Shown here one piece after another: positions 9,014 through 17,860 of a stretch of DNA of 64,000 bases. Each line of letters starts with the position of its first letter. Position 1 is the first letter of the stretch. This stretch comes from a virus, in IMG/VR virus record IMGVR_UViG_3300043434_000871, positions 3,347 through 67,346 of that record; one strand, 5' to 3'. A program made the translations under genes and the position numbers. The notes under the pieces are model-generated. The model was not told the DNA's origin. It worked only from the letters and a program-made list of their open reading frames with translations, and made no database searches.

Positions 9014-9445
9014 TTACTTGCTGGCTTTTTGTGCGAGCAAGTAGACGCGGCGAGCAACGGCGACAAGATCCTTGCCGCTGTAGCGTTTGCGTAGCGCGGC
9101 GAATTCCGCTTGTGCCTTGGCTTGCACTTTCGCGGACTCCGCGGCCTTGGCCTTGCTCGCCTTGCGGCGTCGCAAACCGAACGCGAGCATTTCACGGGAG
9201 ATGGCCTGTTGTTTCCATCCGTTAGCTTCCAGCGCGGCTTCGATTGCTTCAACTTTGATAGCCCCGGCATTGTCTTTGATGAAGCCGCGCAACTCTTCAC
9301 GCATGGCTTTTGCTCCTTGCTCTGCCGCGTTAATGGCGAGGAGTGTTGACGCAATTGCGTCTTCTATTCCTCCGGCGATTGCTTTGGGTGTTTCGCTCAC
9401 TCCGTAAGAGAATGAGATTGTCACGTTGCTCTGTTTCTTTTTCAT
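9014..9445 (-). CDS. First gene of the early run; Ala/Lys-rich basic protein
   Basis: 143-aa helical basic ORF. Confidence 0.6.
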   Translation of the reverse strand: MKKKQSNVTISFSYGVSETPKAIAGGIEDAIASTLLAINAAEQGAKAMREELRGFIKDNAGAIKVEAIEAALEANGWKQQAISREMLAFGLRRRKASKAKAAESAKVQAKAQAEFAALRKRYSGKDLVAVARRVYLLAQKASK

Positions 9446-9578
9446 GTTGTCTTTTTTCTTTTTTGTTAGGTTCACCGGAAGCTGTGATGCGCTCGCATCA
9501 ACTTTTCCGGCTCATTAGTAAGTGACCAGCGCTGCAATTTACTCTGTTAAATGGTGCGGGATTGTGCGATTATTAAGG

Positions 9579-10157
9579 ATGCCCAGACCGCCCCTTCCTA
9601 TTGATTGGCAAGCTGTCCGCGCTCTTTACTTAGGAGGCGCAAACCCGAACGCTATTGCAAAGCGTTTTGCAATAAGCATAAACACTTTAAGATCAAGAGC
9701 TTGCAGAGAAAAATGGAACGTCATAAGAGACGGAGGAAAAGAATCGAAAGCGCGACAGATAGAGAAAACAGCAGAGATAGCGCGTGACATTTGGGCTGAA
9801 CGTAGGGAAGCCATCCGGGAAAATATCCACACAATCGGCAGCAAAATGACAAGCTATGCCGCGCAACTTCCTGAGGATCAATTACTTGCAAAGGCTGACA
9901 AAATAAAGATTGCCGCAGAGATTGCGGGAAAAATCGTAGGACTCGATAGAATGGAGGATCGAAATGTTATCAACATTGCACTGTTAGGTGCAATCGACTC
10001 CCCGACAGAGACTTATGACGATTTTCGGGTGCATGATGAATTGCCACAATGCGGCACAATTTCACTCAATAACAGAGTAGGGCACAGAGATTGCGAAGCC
10101 GTGGACACCACCACCCACCCCACCACGGTAGATCCCACTGACCCGATTTCGCCCTGA
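9579..10157 (+). CDS. Terminase small subunit-like HTH protein
   Basis: IDWQAVRALYLGG...IAKRFAISINTLRSRACREKW is a TerS-type N-terminal HTH. Confidence 0.6.
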   Translation: MPRPPLPIDWQAVRALYLGGANPNAIAKRFAISINTLRSRACREKWNVIRDGGKESKARQIEKTAEIARDIWAERREAIRENIHTIGSKMTSYAAQLPEDQLLAKADKIKIAAEIAGKIVGLDRMEDRNVINIALLGAIDSPTETYDDFRVHDELPQCGTISLNNRVGHRDCEAVDTTTHPTTVDPTDPISP

Positions 10158-10220
10158 AATCTATCATTATCATGGGCGATAAATTTTTTGGATCAGTTTG
10201 GAATTATTAACTTCATCGGT

Positions 10221-10249
10221 TTGACAGGCTCGCAGATTCACTAAATAAT
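10221..10249 (+). promoter_or_regulatory. Sigma70-like promoter upstream of the tRNA
   Basis: TTGACA-N17-AATAAT. Confidence 0.65.
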
Positions 10250-10254
10250 AACCG

Positions 10255-10323
10255 CGCAGGAAAGGTTGGATCCTCGGCTAGTCTCATAAGCTGGCCTTCC
10301 GAGTTCGATTCTCGGTCCTGCTA
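10255..10323 (+). tRNA. tRNA with CAT anticodon (Met or Ile2), short D-arm, no encoded CCA
   Basis: Acceptor GCAGGA/TCCTGC; anticodon loop CTCATAA; T-arm CCGAG-TTCGATT-CTCGG. Confidence 0.75.
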
Positions 10324-10325
10324 AT

Positions 10326-10455
10326 GGACACCGACAGGGCAGACAAGACCTGGTTAAAGCTCTGTCCTGTTGGTGCTCCGCCTACAAATGACGGGGGTCG
10401 AGCAGTGGAAAGATAAACCACGAACGCTCGTTTACCGGCGATCCCGGACACCGTC
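10326..10455 (+). ncRNA. Candidate structured RNA downstream of the tRNA
   Basis: 15-bp stem with two G-U pairs, then nested stems GACGG/CCGTC, CGAGC/GCTCG and GTGG/CCAC. Confidence 0.45.
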
Positions 10456-10466
10456 CCACCTTTACC

Positions 10467-10688
10467 ATGAAAGCCCTCCTTGAATTCGAACTGCCGGTAG
10501 ACTCAGAGGCTCACCATGACGCGCTTCACGGTTCAGAGTGGCGGATGGCTTTGGTCGAGATCAGCGAGTATCTCCGGGGAGAGGTGAAGCACGGCAATTA
10601 TACCGCCGAGGAGTTCGCGGTGTTCGATAAAGTCCGGGAGGTCATCTACAAGACCCTCGAAGACCGGGGTCTCAACCTCTACGTATGA
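10467..10688 (+). CDS. Hypothetical phage protein
   Basis: MKALLEFELP...YLRGEVKHG, a common small phage protein pattern. Confidence 0.7.
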   Translation: MKALLEFELPVDSEAHHDALHGSEWRMALVEISEYLRGEVKHGNYTAEEFAVFDKVREVIYKTLEDRGLNLYV

Positions 10689-10805
10689 GGGTCATGGATT
10701 CAGCCAATGTCGTGTTTCAGGCATTCTTGGGTTTTAGATCGCCCGATCGCGACACCATGTCGCGAGAATTGTCGCGATACCTGTTTGGGACGCGAATCTG
10801 GGAGT

Positions 10806-10961
10806 CTGACCTTCTGGCCACTGCTAATAACGACAATACTTTATCTTATTACCGCGGCAGGTTGGTGGCGTGAGGGTAATACAGGACTTGCGATAGCTTT
10901 CGCAGGGTATGCCGCAGCCAACCTTAGGTTCTTGTATATCATACTTTTCGGCCAGCCTTAG
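10806..10961 (+). CDS. Small two-TM membrane protein (start uncertain)
   Basis: WPLLITTILYL...GLAIAFAGYAAAN; no ATG at the apparent N-terminus. Confidence 0.45.
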   Translation: MTFWPLLITTILYLITAAGWWREGNTGLAIAFAGYAAANLRFLYIILFGQP

Positions 10962-11026
10962 TCCAAGGCCGACGGCTAAATAGGGCGAATCTGCCCGAAT
11001 TACGCCCCGAAGGGGCGGGGTTGGAC

Positions 11027-11549
11027 CCAGTTCCCTACCAGTTCCCATAGGCAGTTCCCACCCCTTAAAGCCCGATGGATAAAGGGTTTACAGCCGAAAG
11101 GGAACTGGGGGTCAGACACATATCTTTTTTATAATAAAGAAAGTATATATGGGTGGTAAACCCGCCCCCGCCCGGCGGCACGTCCCCCGCGTCCCCCACG
11201 GGGTGCTCCCCCCGACCCCTGACCCCCCCAGTTCCCCCTCATCGGTTAAGTCCCTCTAAATCAACACTTTAAGGGTGGGAACTTGGGGGTGGGGTTTCCT
11301 TTTTGGTGGGGTTGGTCATTCTGACCCCCCTCCGTGAACCATGAACCGTGTATCGTTTTCCTCTGTAAGTCTGCTACACGCTTCATGCGACAAGGTGCAA
11401 ACGGTCGTGCGGAGTAGAAAGTGCTCCGTAGTTCAAGCCACGTTTGAGTTAATACCTAATTCGGTATGCGCCGGACGGTTTGCACTTAAATAAGACCTAC
11501 TCTGTTCGGGCCGTCTTTTAGCCTTCTCGGACGGTTTGCGCTTAAATAA
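11027..11549. other. Non-coding, repeat-rich origin-like region
   Basis: CAGTTCCC repeats, 17/18-bp inverted repeat around an AT-rich core, 22-bp direct repeat pair. Confidence 0.45.
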
Positions 11550-11625
11550 ACCGGACCGGAAGTCCGGATCGATGTCCTGATCGCGAAGTCGGTTTCGTGA
11601 TCTGCCCGAAATCTGTTTCGGGAAC

Positions 11626-12087
11626 CTAGAACCACCGAACCACGGTTCCTGCTTCATGGAACATGGTGCGTGCTGCATGGAACGACTCGGCCCAACGTGT
11701 CGAAGCCGTAGACATGTTTTCGGGACGTGTATACGAATCCTCGATTTTTGGACATATCACCTCGGTAATACCTGCCTGGATGATGGCGGCGGCGCATTGG
11801 GCGCACGGCTGGAAGGGGTAGACCACGATCGAGTAACCGTGGAGCGGCTCACGGGCAGCGAGGATCGCGTTAAGCTCTGCGTGGACCGTGTAGAGGAGTT
11901 TCTGGTCTCGGTCGGCCAGACGGGCCGGATCGTCGGAAACGCCCCTGGGGAGGCCGTTGAAGCCCACGCTGGCCACCGAGCGGTCCGGTCGGATAATAAC
12001 CGCGCCGACTTGGGAGGAGGGGTCACGTGACCAGGAGGCGACGTGTGCGGCAAGGTTAATAAACCGCAACGACCATTTAGGGTTCAT
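11626..12087 (-). CDS. dCMP deaminase
   Basis: GFNG, HAELNAI and PCAQC zinc motifs. Confidence 0.9.
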   Translation of the reverse strand: MNPKWSLRFINLAAHVASWSRDPSSQVGAVIIRPDRSVASVGFNGLPRGVSDDPARLADRDQKLLYTVHAELNAILAAREPLHGYSIVVYPFQPCAQCAAAIIQAGITEVICPKIEDSYTRPENMSTASTRWAESFHAARTMFHEAGTVVRWF

Positions 12088-12149
12088 AGGTTAATAACCG
12101 CGACGACCCTCGGGCACGCACAAAGGACATAGTTTTTAAGCTGTTTGTG

Positions 12150-14549
12150 TCAGAAAGGGTCGTCTGACACCTCGGCCTCCGGCTCGATCTCCGGCTTGGT
12201 GATCCGCCACTTGTGCACCTTGTCCTTGCCGAAGCGTCTCTTGAGAAGCGCGACATTGGCATCCCCGCGGGTGGCCAGTTGCGCGAGGCGTTGGGCCAAG
12301 AGCCGCACCGGCCATTCGCGAGTCAGGGAGGCATTGTCGAAGACATCATTGAACGACTGGTGCAGATCGACCGTCGTGCCTTCCCACGGCTCATCGAATC
12401 CGCGGCGTTCCCACCAAGCGTTGAGGGTGTCGCGCAGTTCGGCGTGGCGACCCGAGGCGTCGATCTTGTCGCGGACTTCCGAGGCGATGACTCCGCGGAC
12501 GAAGAAGCGGTTGGTCCGGTCGAGGTATTTCTCGGGGATGTCCCAGTTCTTGATCCAAGCAAGGAGGTAGGGGAGTTCGGTCTCCACGTCCTTGAGGTCT
12601 TCGATCGTCGGGCCTTCCTCGTAAGTCTTGAGGGCCAAGGCGATGATCTTGTCCTCGTTTGAGATGTCGAGAGCTGGGACGGCTTTGATGGAGACCGCGT
12701 CGTCGTTGGCCGCGATGACCACCCGGCCCCGCCATTCGACCATGATCGGGGTGAGATACTTCTCGTGATATTTGTGCTTCCCGTGGGCGACCAGCTTCTT
12801 CACGTAGGAGGCGTAGCGTTGCAGCGCGGACTCGGATTCCGCGGCACGGGAATCGTCGATGATGGCCAGCGGGCTTTGGAATAGGTCGGCATTGAAGCCA
12901 TTACCTTCGCCCGAGACGACCGAGGAGAGATCCGCGTAGCCGCCCATGGCTGGGTAGAGAAGTTTTTCGATCAGGAAAGTTTTATAGCAGTGCACCGGGC
13001 CGACCAAGATCATCGCCTGACCCATGCACAGTTTACCGGCTTCGGCGGATTCGTAGAACCGTTTGAGCCAAGCGAGGAAGACTTCCTTGTAGTCCGGATC
13101 GACGAAAACATTGTCGAGGATCATCGCGTAGCGTGGGAAACCCTCGCCCCAAGCCCCGGCAACGTCTGCCGCTTTAGTGATGCGGACATTCTTGCTCGTG
13201 TTGAGGAATTTCTTGCCGCCGTCGAACCACAGTTCGTGCGGGTTGTAGAGACTCGGGCCTGCCCCGTCCACGCGGCGGTGTTCACGGATGAAAGCTTTGG
13301 CCTTATCCATCGGCGACATGGCAGCACCCTTGGGGGCGCGGTCGCTGAACCCGCGGCATTTGAGTTCGCTGGAGAGCATCGCGACCATCTCGTATCTCCA
13401 GATGCCGTCATCCCCCTTCATAAAAAACGTCTTCCCGTCGTAGTAGATGTCATCAAACCGTCCACTCTTATCGGCTTTGGTGGATGACTTGGGCGTCTCC
13501 GGCGATTCGTTATTCCCGTTTTCGGTGGTTGCGGCATCCTTTGTGCTGCTATCTGGCGAATCCTGACAGTTCTCGGCAAGGGGGGTGACGTTTTGTCCCC
13601 CTCCTTCCAAAACCCTCGAAATCGAGGGGTTTAGAATTCCCGCCTCCGGGTTGAAGTAGATGAGTCGTTGTGCCTTGCCCGTGTCCTTGCGGATGCAGCC
13701 GGGGATGCGGGTGAGCCGCACCGCAGACATCGCGGCGGGGTCCGCGCCGAGCGGGACGAGGAGGTCGGCGATTTCCGAGGCTTTCTCCAGATACTCGGCG
13801 CGGTCTTTGGCTGAGACGCGGACGAGCGCGTGGGCCGACTTCGAGCCTGAGGTGGTCACCGAGACGATCGGGAGGTAGTTGGTAAGATTCGGGTTGAGAT
13901 GTTTAGACAGCACCCGCAGCCAGAGTTCCAGATCGACCGAGTCTGATTCGATGAGCGTGTATTCATAGGCGACCAAGTTTTCCTCGGCGCGTCGGGTTTT
14001 CTTGTTCAACCGCTCGACGAATTTCATCGGTCCCTCGATCGGGTTTACCATGATCCATGCTCCCTCCGTATTATCCGCCAGCGTGCGGTCCACGCGGAGG
14101 TCTTCCATCTTTTGCGACCAGACCAGTTGACCTTGTGATTCCTGCTTGGTGAATATGGCGTTGGCATACTTACCATAAAGGCGACGGAGAAACTCCGAGG
14201 GCGTGATGTCGGTCGGAGGAATCGGAGAGGTCGCGGTGAAATCCTCGATTGAGAGCGGACCTTCCGCAGTCAGGGAGAGCAGAGACTTTTCATCTTTCTC
14301 CCGCTTGAGCGAGACCTTCGGGCGCGGCTCGATAAGTCCTTCCGCCTCGGCGCGGACATTGGCCAGCGTTTCGGCGATCTCCCGCGGCTGCGGGGCACGT
14401 TGCAGGTAGCGCGTGATCCACTGTTCGATGAAGGGGTCATCATAGGTGTTAGCTACCAGCGCGTGCACCGCGCCAAACATCCAAGCGTGGCATCCTTGGC
14501 CGGAGGCGGGGCAGGGGTTCAGTCCGAGTTCTTCAGGTGTGGGATTCAT
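12150..14549 (-). CDS. Primase-helicase (AEP-like primase plus SF3-like NTPase)
   Basis: IESD, SGSKSAHA and RLTRIPG motifs; C-terminal GPVHCYKT, IIDD and IAAN. Confidence 0.75.
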   Translation of the reverse strand: MNPTPEELGLNPCPASGQGCHAWMFGAVHALVANTYDDPFIEQWITRYLQRAPQPREIAETLANVRAEAEGLIEPRPKVSLKREKDEKSLLSLTAEGPLSIEDFTATSPIPPTDITPSEFLRRLYGKYANAIFTKQESQGQLVWSQKMEDLRVDRTLADNTEGAWIMVNPIEGPMKFVERLNKKTRRAEENLVAYEYTLIESDSVDLELWLRVLSKHLNPNLTNYLPIVSVTTSGSKSAHALVRVSAKDRAEYLEKASEIADLLVPLGADPAAMSAVRLTRIPGCIRKDTGKAQRLIYFNPEAGILNPSISRVLEGGGQNVTPLAENCQDSPDSSTKDAATTENGNNESPETPKSSTKADKSGRFDDIYYDGKTFFMKGDDGIWRYEMVAMLSSELKCRGFSDRAPKGAAMSPMDKAKAFIREHRRVDGAGPSLYNPHELWFDGGKKFLNTSKNVRITKAADVAGAWGEGFPRYAMILDNVFVDPDYKEVFLAWLKRFYESAEAGKLCMGQAMILVGPVHCYKTFLIEKLLYPAMGGYADLSSVVSGEGNGFNADLFQSPLAIIDDSRAAESESALQRYASYVKKLVAHGKHKYHEKYLTPIMVEWRGRVVIAANDDAVSIKAVPALDISNEDKIIALALKTYEEGPTIEDLKDVETELPYLLAWIKNWDIPEKYLDRTNRFFVRGVIASEVRDKIDASGRHAELRDTLNAWWERRGFDEPWEGTTVDLHQSFNDVFDNASLTREWPVRLLAQRLAQLATRGDANVALLKRRFGKDKVHKWRITKPEIEPEAEVSDDPF

Positions 14550-14570
14550 ACAAAGGTGATGGGGTTATTA

Positions 14571-15950
14571 CTATTTACGATAAAATTTTGACACAATGGA
14601 TTCTGCTCCGAGGGGGAGGTCTTGGCACCAGTCCGGGGCGGTCGACATGATCTGTTCGACCTCTTGGCGCTTGGCTTCGGCGTCGGCTTCATTGACCAGT
14701 AGCACGACTTCGTCATGCACGCGCATGAGGATTTCATAACCAGCATCTTCCAGTGCCGTGCAGCGGTCCATAAACACATCACGCGCAAACGCTTGCGTGC
14801 AATTCTCGGCCAATAAGCCGCCGTAAAGTTTCACGTCCATCATCTTGCCGTTACGTGGCATCGAGGCCACGATCTCGCCGCGACCGAGGCGGCGCACGTT
14901 GCGGTAAACGAGTTCACGCCCAGAGGGCAGGGGAACGATCAACTCACGATCATTCGGGTCCGTCGAGACTTTCAGCGCCCGGTCGAGCTTGGCCCAGAGA
15001 GCGATGATTTTTGGGGAAGATGCGCGGTAGGACTGCACAATTTCTTCCGCTTCTTGCAAAGTTATGTCGAGTCCCGCCAGCATCTTGGCGACGAGGCAGA
15101 ACTTCGAGGGGCCGCAGCCGTAGCCGAGACCAAGAACACGGGCCTTGGCGAGGAAGCGCATCTTCGGGTCCACATCCTTGAGCGGACGCGGATCGGTGTA
15201 ACCCATCGTCGCCCTGGCGTGGGCTTCGTAGATGTCGATGCCGCTGGCGATTAGTTTGAGCAGATCAAAATCTTTGGCGAGGTAGGGGAGGCAGCGTGCT
15301 TCGATTTGAGCCAAGTCGCAAATGATGAGTGTCTTACCATCCGGTGCCTCGATGAGATTGCGGATGTCCACGCCGGCCACTTCGCCCTTCGGGATGTTCT
15401 GAGCGTTCCAGCCGCCACCTCCGGAGTCTCGTCCCGTCGTAGCGCCAAAAAACTTTAACTCGTAAGGCATCCGACCATCCGGTCGCGTGCGAGCGATCAT
15501 TGTTTGCACCGTCTTGAGGTGTTTGTTGGCTTTGCGATAGTCGCGCACCGCACGCACCCACGGGAACTTGTCGGCGAACTCGGCTTCCCATGCCGCTCCT
15601 TCGGGATCCTTCTCCGCGAAAGACTTCGGCTTGCGGATACCTTCCTTGTCACATTGATCCCGAATCGCCTGCAAGGAAAGCGGAGGGTATTCACCACCGA
15701 TCCACGGAAGGAGAGCCTCGGTCCGGCGCTTCTCCTCGATGAGCTTGGCTTCCGCAGCGCGGAGCTTCTCCAGATTCACCGGCACCCCGCGCATCCCCAT
15801 CTCGCGAGTCATCGCCGAGAGTCTCCATTCACGCTGCGGCATCCGGTGTCCGTGCTCCTGCCAGAGCAGAAACGTCGCCTTGGTGTCATAGAGCGCGTAG
15901 CGGGCGACTTCCTTTTTGAAGTCGTTGGTCATGTAAGGGGATTTAGGCAT
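14571..15950 (-). CDS. polA: Family A DNA polymerase, C-terminal part (ExoIII plus polymerase)
   Basis: YALYD; TTGR; motif A DLAQIEAR; motif B KARVLGLGYG; motif C VHDE. Confidence 0.9.
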   Translation of the reverse strand: MPKSPYMTNDFKKEVARYALYDTKATFLLWQEHGHRMPQREWRLSAMTREMGMRGVPVNLEKLRAAEAKLIEEKRRTEALLPWIGGEYPPLSLQAIRDQCDKEGIRKPKSFAEKDPEGAAWEAEFADKFPWVRAVRDYRKANKHLKTVQTMIARTRPDGRMPYELKFFGATTGRDSGGGGWNAQNIPKGEVAGVDIRNLIEAPDGKTLIICDLAQIEARCLPYLAKDFDLLKLIASGIDIYEAHARATMGYTDPRPLKDVDPKMRFLAKARVLGLGYGCGPSKFCLVAKMLAGLDITLQEAEEIVQSYRASSPKIIALWAKLDRALKVSTDPNDRELIVPLPSGRELVYRNVRRLGRGEIVASMPRNGKMMDVKLYGGLLAENCTQAFARDVFMDRCTALEDAGYEILMRVHDEVVLLVNEADAEAKRQEVEQIMSTAPDWCQDLPLGAESIVSKFYRK

Positions 15951-15959
15951 ATTTCTTTC

Positions 15960-16241
15960 CTAGTCTATATCCAATTTTAGCATCGCCAGCGCAGCCATCT
16001 CTACGGCGCACCGCCACTTGTTTTCCCACCCCTTAATCTGCTCCCGTGCCGCGTTTAGCTCTTTGCGTAACTCGTTAGCACACATGCGAGCATGGCACAA
16101 ATCCCCGACATATGAGACCTTCAGTCTGTCCTTGTCTGCGTAAACATAGGTTCCGCAATGGTAATACCAACGCCGCGATGGTTGCCACTCATTTGACTTA
16201 CCTCCGATGTTGCAATTAGGACATTTCTCAGGTGCGTTCAT
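15960..16241 (-). CDS. Hypothetical Cys-containing protein (within polA insertion)
   Basis: CPNC...HCG...C; ATGA-coupled to the upstream gene. Confidence 0.6.
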   Translation of the reverse strand: MNAPEKCPNCNIGGKSNEWQPSRRWYYHCGTYVYADKDRLKVSYVGDLCHARMCANELRKELNAAREQIKGWENKWRCAVEMAALAMLKLDID

Positions 16242-16525
16242 TTCGCGGCCTCCTCTCTGGCAATGTCGCTAATCTCCATGAGCAAACCGCGATGATCGGA
16301 CACTTTGAGATAACCCTCCGTGGCTAAAGTGCAGATACTCCGCAACGCCTCCCGCGCCTCGTCGCGCTCGCGGATAAGCCTGTCAATCGAGTTTAGTTCT
16401 GTGAGACTTCGCGCCTCGTCGCGCTCGCGTTCGAGACGCTCACACGTCTCCCGCAGCACAAACGACCACTGCCCGTTGCTGGCGATGACCGCCGCCGCCG
16501 TCTCTGGCGTGGGTCTGTCGCTCAT
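16238..16525 (-). CDS. ERERDEAR coiled-coil phage protein (within polA insertion)
   Basis: MSDRPTPET start; RERDEAR twice. Confidence 0.65.
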   Translation of the reverse strand: MSDRPTPETAAAVIASNGQWSFVLRETCERLERERDEARSLTELNSIDRLIRERDEAREALRSICTLATEGYLKVSDHRGLLMEISDIAREEAAK

Positions 16526-16857
16526 TTCGCGGCCTCCTCACCTAAAATTTTTGCGATGTCCTTTATTGCAGCATAAAAATCGCTGATTGCTTCCAAAGCT
16601 CCCGGCTTGCCATCAACCTCGTCGTAATCCTCAGCATACGCCTCTGCAAAACGGCGCAGTTCGTGGCCCGCTGAATACAAGTTTCGGGCAAGCTCCCGCG
16701 CCTCGTCGCGCTCGCGGATCAACGCCTCGCAGCCATCGCACACCGCATCGATCACCTCGCTAGTTTGTTTTGGGCACGGCATCTGCTGGTTCCAATCCTC
16801 GCCACGCCGCCATTTGTTAAACTCCCGCAAGCTAGCGATAGCTGCTAGTTCGTTCAT
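16522..16857 (-). CDS. ERERDEAR-type phage protein (within polA insertion)
   Basis: FNKWRRG and RERDEAR motifs; ATGA overlaps. Confidence 0.65.
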   Translation of the reverse strand: MNELAAIASLREFNKWRRGEDWNQQMPCPKQTSEVIDAVCDGCEALIRERDEARELARNLYSAGHELRRFAEAYAEDYDEVDGKPGALEAISDFYAAIKDIAKILGEEAAK

Positions 16858-17072
16858 TTTACCCCCTTCCATTTGGTTTTTTTTTTCTGCGGCCGGATGT
16901 AGGCGGTGATCTGTGCTTTGGCGCGTTGGGCGTCTTCGATCGCCCAGTTGATGCGTTCGATGCACTCGCTGAGTTCTCCGGAGATCCAGAGGTCTTGGGC
17001 GAAGCCCAGACTGGTTTTACCTGTGGTGATGTTCAGATAGGCGTGTTCGATAGGTGGGATTTTTCGTTTCAT
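16854..17072 (-). CDS. Hypothetical protein (within polA insertion)
   Basis: ATGA overlaps at both ends. Confidence 0.55.
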   Translation of the reverse strand: MKRKIPPIEHAYLNITTGKTSLGFAQDLWISGELSECIERINWAIEDAQRAKAQITAYIRPQKKKTKWKGVK

Positions 17073-17272
17073 CGTCTGACAAAGGATTGCCCGGCCAGCC
17101 AAGTGGCGCGGAGGTGTTCGTGACTGCCGTCGGCTTTCCAAAGGAAGGCTTCGCGGCGGTGGGTCTTAGGGTCGGTTTCGAAGGTCACATAGCCTTCGTT
17201 TTCGGCTCCGAAGTTTTGCGGCGTGAGCCAGCCGCTTACGGCTTCGAAAAGTTTACAGAGTTGCGGGTTCAT
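17069..17272 (-). CDS. Hypothetical protein (within polA insertion)
   Basis: Starts inside the last codons of the exonuclease ORF. Confidence 0.5.
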   Translation of the reverse strand: MNPQLCKLFEAVSGWLTPQNFGAENEGYVTFETDPKTHRREAFLWKADGSHEHLRATWLAGQSFVRR

Positions 17273-17672
17273 TCCATCTTAGTCCTTTCATGTTGGTTCG
17301 GGTGGTTTTCGACATTTCAATGCCGAGCAATTCTTTGGCGGCTTCTTTGAGTGAGCGCGGGTAGCCGAGGTAACTAGCCAAGTCGGCGGTGTCATAGACC
17401 GCCCGAGGTTGCACTCGTGGCACGATCTCGCTCTCGACCAACGCCTCGTAGAGGGTTAGGTCGAAGGCGGCGTTGTGCATGATCCAGTCGAGCCCGTCGC
17501 AGTCTTGCCACGGAGCGTCTTTCGGTGCACCGACGAAGCACATGCCGTCATCGAAATACATCGCGACCATGTAGATGTCGGTGGCGCGGGCGTAGTGCCA
17601 TGCGCCCATGGTGGTCACCGAGGTATCGGTGTCGTAGTAGCTCTCGAAATCGATGGCGACGGCTTGGTTCAT
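17253..17672 (-). CDS. Family A DNA polymerase, N-terminal 3'-5' exonuclease part (ExoI, ExoII)
   Basis: AIDFES (ExoI), HNAAFD (ExoII), YDT...SLK; no ExoIII. Confidence 0.85.
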   Translation of the reverse strand: MNQAVAIDFESYYDTDTSVTTMGAWHYARATDIYMVAMYFDDGMCFVGAPKDAPWQDCDGLDWIMHNAAFDLTLYEALVESEIVPRVQPRAVYDTADLASYLGYPRSLKEAAKELLGIEMSKTTRTNMKGLRWNEPATL

Positions 17673-17860
17673 AGTTCGTAGATTTGCGCGGGGAGATGTT
17701 CCTCCAGCCAGAGGATCTCGGTGAGCATGTTGCCGGCCAGCAGGCAGAGTTCCTCGATGAGGTCTTCTTGCCCGGAGATGTCGTCGATCAACTGCCCGAG
17801 GGTCGTGAACGAGTCACGAGGCCCGAAGCTGATGCGCCCGATTGTGAAGTCGTCGTTCAT
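17669..17860 (-). CDS. Hypothetical acidic protein
   Basis: Stop overlaps the exonuclease start (ATGA). Confidence 0.5.
   Translation of the reverse strand: MNDDFTIGRISFGPRDSFTTLGQLIDDISGQEDLIEELCLLAGNMLTEILWLEEHLPAQIYEL

Larger units (their letters stand above)
4306..9364. promoter_or_regulatory. Nine dispersed 20-bp palindromes, consensus CTTGWCGSAATTSCGWCAAG (operator-like)
   Basis: Copies start at 4306, 4729, 5205, 6356, 7753, 8226, 8639, 8991 and 9345. Confidence 0.8.

Noticed and set aside
4306-9364. Palindromes as integron attC sites or simple restriction sites
   Set aside because: Too short and fully symmetric with no attC R/L boxes; conservation extends well beyond the central hexamer, which itself varies.
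11472-11549. 22-bp repeat pair with a 34-bp spacer as a mini-CRISPR array
   Set aside because: Only two short non-palindromic copies and no cas genes; the Cas4-like domain is a phage recombination nuclease.
15933-17267. Group I intron or intein in polA
   Set aside because: The insert is fully occupied by coupled small ORFs, has in-frame stops and shows no intein or homing-nuclease motifs.
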